Assembly: GCA_963841935.1 (NCBI GenBank)
Contig: CAWJEP010000005.1
Location: forward strand, 69,845 to 133,844
Source: an uncultured bacterium
GTDB lineage: Bacteria > Patescibacteriota > Minisyncoccia > Phycocordibacterales > UBA6065
DNA: 64,000 bases
Reading direction: 5' to 3'
In this document: in pieces, positions 61,479 through 64,000 of the stretch
Layout: each line of letters begins with the position of its first letter
Numbering within the stretch: position 1 is the first letter of the stretch
Translations under genes and position numbers: made by a program
Notes under the pieces: model-generated
The model's database searches: none
Seen by the model: only the letters and a program-made list of their open reading frames with translations
What the model was told of the DNA's origin: nothing

Positions 61479-64000
61479 ATGGAGAGCAAGGTTACTATCG
61501 CCGGAAAAATATATATTTCGGCAAAGTCGGCGGCAAAAATTACCGGCTATGCCCAAGACTACGTCACACGTCTTATTAGACTAAAAAAATTTTCCGCGCA
61601 AAAAATCGGCCGGTCTTGGTATGTCGAAGAAGATTCTTTTTTGAAATTCTGGACGGAACACAAAGAAACGCTTTCCGATTCTGCTTTGAAACAAAGCGAT
61701 ATGTCGGCTATCCGACCGGCAAATGTTCCTCAATCTTTTTTGCCTCCCGAAAAAGAATATGTTTCTCTGCAAAAACCGGAAATCAGAAAAAAACCGGCGC
61801 AGCTCAAAATCCCGAACTTTGTAACTCTGACCCTCTCCCTCCTCATCGTCTCCTCAGCCATTGCCTTCGCTAATACGGTCAGTCCTCAAGAAGTGGCGGG
61901 ATATGTTTCCTCCACAACGGATAAAGGATTGGCCATGGTTTCCTCGGCTGAAGCACTTCTTCGTCAAAGCGCGGACTTGGCCAATTTATACGGCAAAGAA
62001 AACACGGCGCTCGTGGCCGCCTCGGGCGAAAATCCTCTTTTCATCGGAGCCCAAACGGTGGCCCTCGGCGTCTACGAAACATTCCATCCGGCGATTCAAA
62101 ACGCCGAATATACTTTGGCGGCGCTCTTTGCCCCGAGAGTTTCTAACATCGCCGTCAGTAACGTTTCGGAATCTCCGATAACCATTAATCTCGCTTCGAG
62201 CACGACGCCAATGACAAGTTCTTCAAGCGCTCTCGCCGTTTATACTCCGCCCGTCACCACGGCAAATCCCGTCATATCTTCGCCAAACAACGTCTATTAC
62301 CAGACTCTCGGCGAGACGCAAGACGAAGTCCAAAGCCAAATAGCCGCCGCCATAGAGCCCCTGATTTTCCAGATTAACGCTTTGGGATACAGAGGAGGAA
62401 CGACGCAGTCAAACGTCCAAAACGTCTACGACAACATCGATTTCAGCCGCATTAACGGAGCAAACATCGACAAAAGCTTCGTGAGCGATTCGGCCTTTAC
62501 CGGCGGAACCATTAGCGGCGCGAGTATTACCAACTCATCGATTGACGTTCTAAACGTCGGAAACGGTCTCTCGAACATCGCCGGCGATTTGACCGTTTCC
62601 GGCACGACAACAGTCAACAATCTCTTTGCCGCTAATTCTTTGACGAGTAATTCAACCACGACCTCTGCCACCTCGACTAATCTCTACGCCGCGAACGTCG
62701 TGTTGGCAAACGCCACGACGACAAATCTCTTTACCGACTCACTCAACGCTTTGTCGGAGACAATCGATAGCATCACTTCAAATGTCGCGACCATATTCGG
62801 CCTGACCGCGACGAATGCCACGACGACCTCCGCCACGACGACGAATGAATTCGACGCAAACCTCGTCGCTTCAAACGCCACGACGACGGGGAACGCGTAC
62901 GTCGGCGGCAATCTCACGGTGGGCGGCAATTCAGTTACCCTGGGCAACTCGAGCGCCAACACGCTCGTCGTCAATTCCGCCGTCGGCTCAAACCTCATTC
63001 CGAACCAAAACGCCACGTACGACATCGGCTCTCCGGCCTATTACTGGAACAACGAATACGTCGCCACCCTAAACGTCAACAATCTCTCGGCCGCTTCTTC
63101 GACCATCGGCGGAACGACAGACAGCAATTTCACCATTAACTCCGGCAACGGCACTCCCGACACCGAGAGTATGTCACTCACATTCTTCCGAGGCACCGTG
63201 GTGCCAAACGCCGTCATCGCTTGGAACTCTACGACCAAACGTTTCGAATTAAACCAAAGCGCCTTCATTCAAAACGGCTCTACAAACCTTCTTTCCTCGC
63301 CTACGCTTTCGCTCGAGGGTCAAGCGGGACAAACCGGAGACATTTTCGATATCGCGAGCTCAACCGGACAAAACTATTTCAATATCTCCGCCACTGGCAC
63401 GACAAACACTCTGGGTCTGACCTTTACGAACGCCACGGGAACCTCCGCTACTACGACCAATCTCTACGTTGCAAACGTCATATCGGCAAGCGCCACAAGT
63501 ACGAACTTCTACACCTCTCTTTTAAATTCCATAACGGGAACAATCGCAAACTTCACGTCAAACTTGGCGACAATTTTCGGACTAACTGCCACCAACTCCA
63601 CGACGACAAACGCCACCACTACGAATCTCGTGGCATTCAACGCTCCCGTCGCTCCGGCTTTCATCGCCACCTCGACTACGGCCGTTTCTTCCTTCCAACA
63701 ATTCTTGGTTAACGGAAGCACCACTCTCCAAAACTTCACCTTCCAAAACGCCACGGGCACGAGCGCGACGACGACGAACTTCTTCTCCACGAACGCCGTC
63801 CACACGAGCGCTACGACGACGAATCTCTTCGCGACAAATTTCAACGCGACGAACGAAATTCTTACGAATCTCATCGCAACTTACTCAACTACCACTTACG
63901 CCACTTCAACAAATCTTTACACTTCCGGTCAGACGATTCTCGCGGCGACAGGGGGCAACGTCGGCATCGGGACGACGAATCCGACGCACCTACTTGCAGG
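61479..64000 (+). CDS. Second HTH-TM-fibre paralog (3' partial; absent from ORF track)
   Basis: MESKVTIAGKIYISAKSAAKITGYAQDYVTRLIRLKKFSAQKIGRSWYVEE..., in frame with the repeat block, open to window end; first GNVGIGTTNP at 63954. Confidence 0.85.
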   Translation, partial: MESKVTIAGKIYISAKSAAKITGYAQDYVTRLIRLKKFSAQKIGRSWYVEEDSFLKFWTEHKETLSDSALKQSDMSAIRPANVPQSFLPPEKEYVSLQKPEIRKKPAQLKIPNFVTLTLSLLIVSSAIAFANTVSPQEVAGYVSSTTDKGLAMVSSAEALLRQSADLANLYGKENTALVAASGENPLFIGAQTVALGVYETFHPAIQNAEYTLAALFAPRVSNIAVSNVSESPITINLASSTTPMTSSSSALAVYTPPVTTANPVISSPNNVYYQTLGETQDEVQSQIAAAIEPLIFQINALGYRGGTTQSNVQNVYDNIDFSRINGANIDKSFVSDSAFTGGTISGASITNSSIDVLNVGNGLSNIAGDLTVSGTTTVNNLFAANSLTSNSTTTSATSTNLYAANVVLANATTTNLFTDSLNALSETIDSITSNVATIFGLTATNATTTSATTTNEFDANLVASNATTTGNAYVGGNLTVGGNSVTLGNSSANTLVVNSAVGSNLIPNQNATYDIGSPAYYWNNEYVATLNVNNLSAASSTIGGTTDSNFTINSGNGTPDTESMSLTFFRGTVVPNAVIAWNSTTKRFELNQSAFIQNGSTNLLSSPTLSLEGQAGQTGDIFDIASSTGQNYFNISATGTTNTLGLTFTNATGTSATTTNLYVANVISASATSTNFYTSLLNSITGTIANFTSNLATIFGLTATNSTTTNATTTNLVAFNAPVAPAFIATSTTAVSSFQQFLVNGSTTLQNFTFQNATGTSATTTNFFSTNAVHTSATTTNLFATNFNATNEILTNLIATYSTTTYATSTNLYTSGQTILAATGGNVGIGTTNPTHLLA
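61830..63410 (+). repeat. 1581-bp direct repeat, copy 2
   Basis: Matches 54333-55913. Confidence 0.9.

Noticed and set aside
54333-63410. Diversity-generating retroelement template/variable repeat pair
   Set aside because: Repeat is long and identical, without adenine-specific mismatches, and no reverse transcriptase is in the window.
54006-64000. Prophage tail region or element integrated at tRNA-Asn
   Set aside because: No integrase, capsid, terminase or duplicated tRNA 3' end seen; proteins have a membrane anchor.

Overview
Bacterial chromosomal window, genetic code 11. Gene content (VirB2/TrbC-like pilin array, short RpoB/RpoC, stand-alone SWIB, DUF4446, few Shine-Dalgarno sites) suggests a Patescibacteria/CPR (Parcubacteria-like) genome; this is inferred. 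Positions 1-53.6 kb are mostly housekeeping (infB, rbfA, iscS, clpB, alr, rpmG, rarA, miaA, parB, topA, dprA, serS, dus, dnaX, rpsP, trmD, rpoB, rpoC, dnaG, rpoD, truB, typA) with 9 tRNAs across the window and a small accessory patch after tRNA-Gln. Two observations stand out. (1) From 54 kb, two tandem giant genes separated by tRNA-Asn each encode an N-terminal HTH, a membrane helix and a Thr/Asn-rich stalk; copy 1 continues into a chain of unrelated fibre modules joined by a DNA-conserved 21-bp junction and a peptidase-S74-type chaperone, while copy 2 reaches only its first junction before the window ends. The copies share a 1.58-kb apparently identical block and a 40-bp upstream motif. (2) A family of palindromic elements with a shared core but copy-specific arms sits in frame inside infB, alr and parB. 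Frameshifts in rpoC, dnaG and others indicate probable assembly indel errors.
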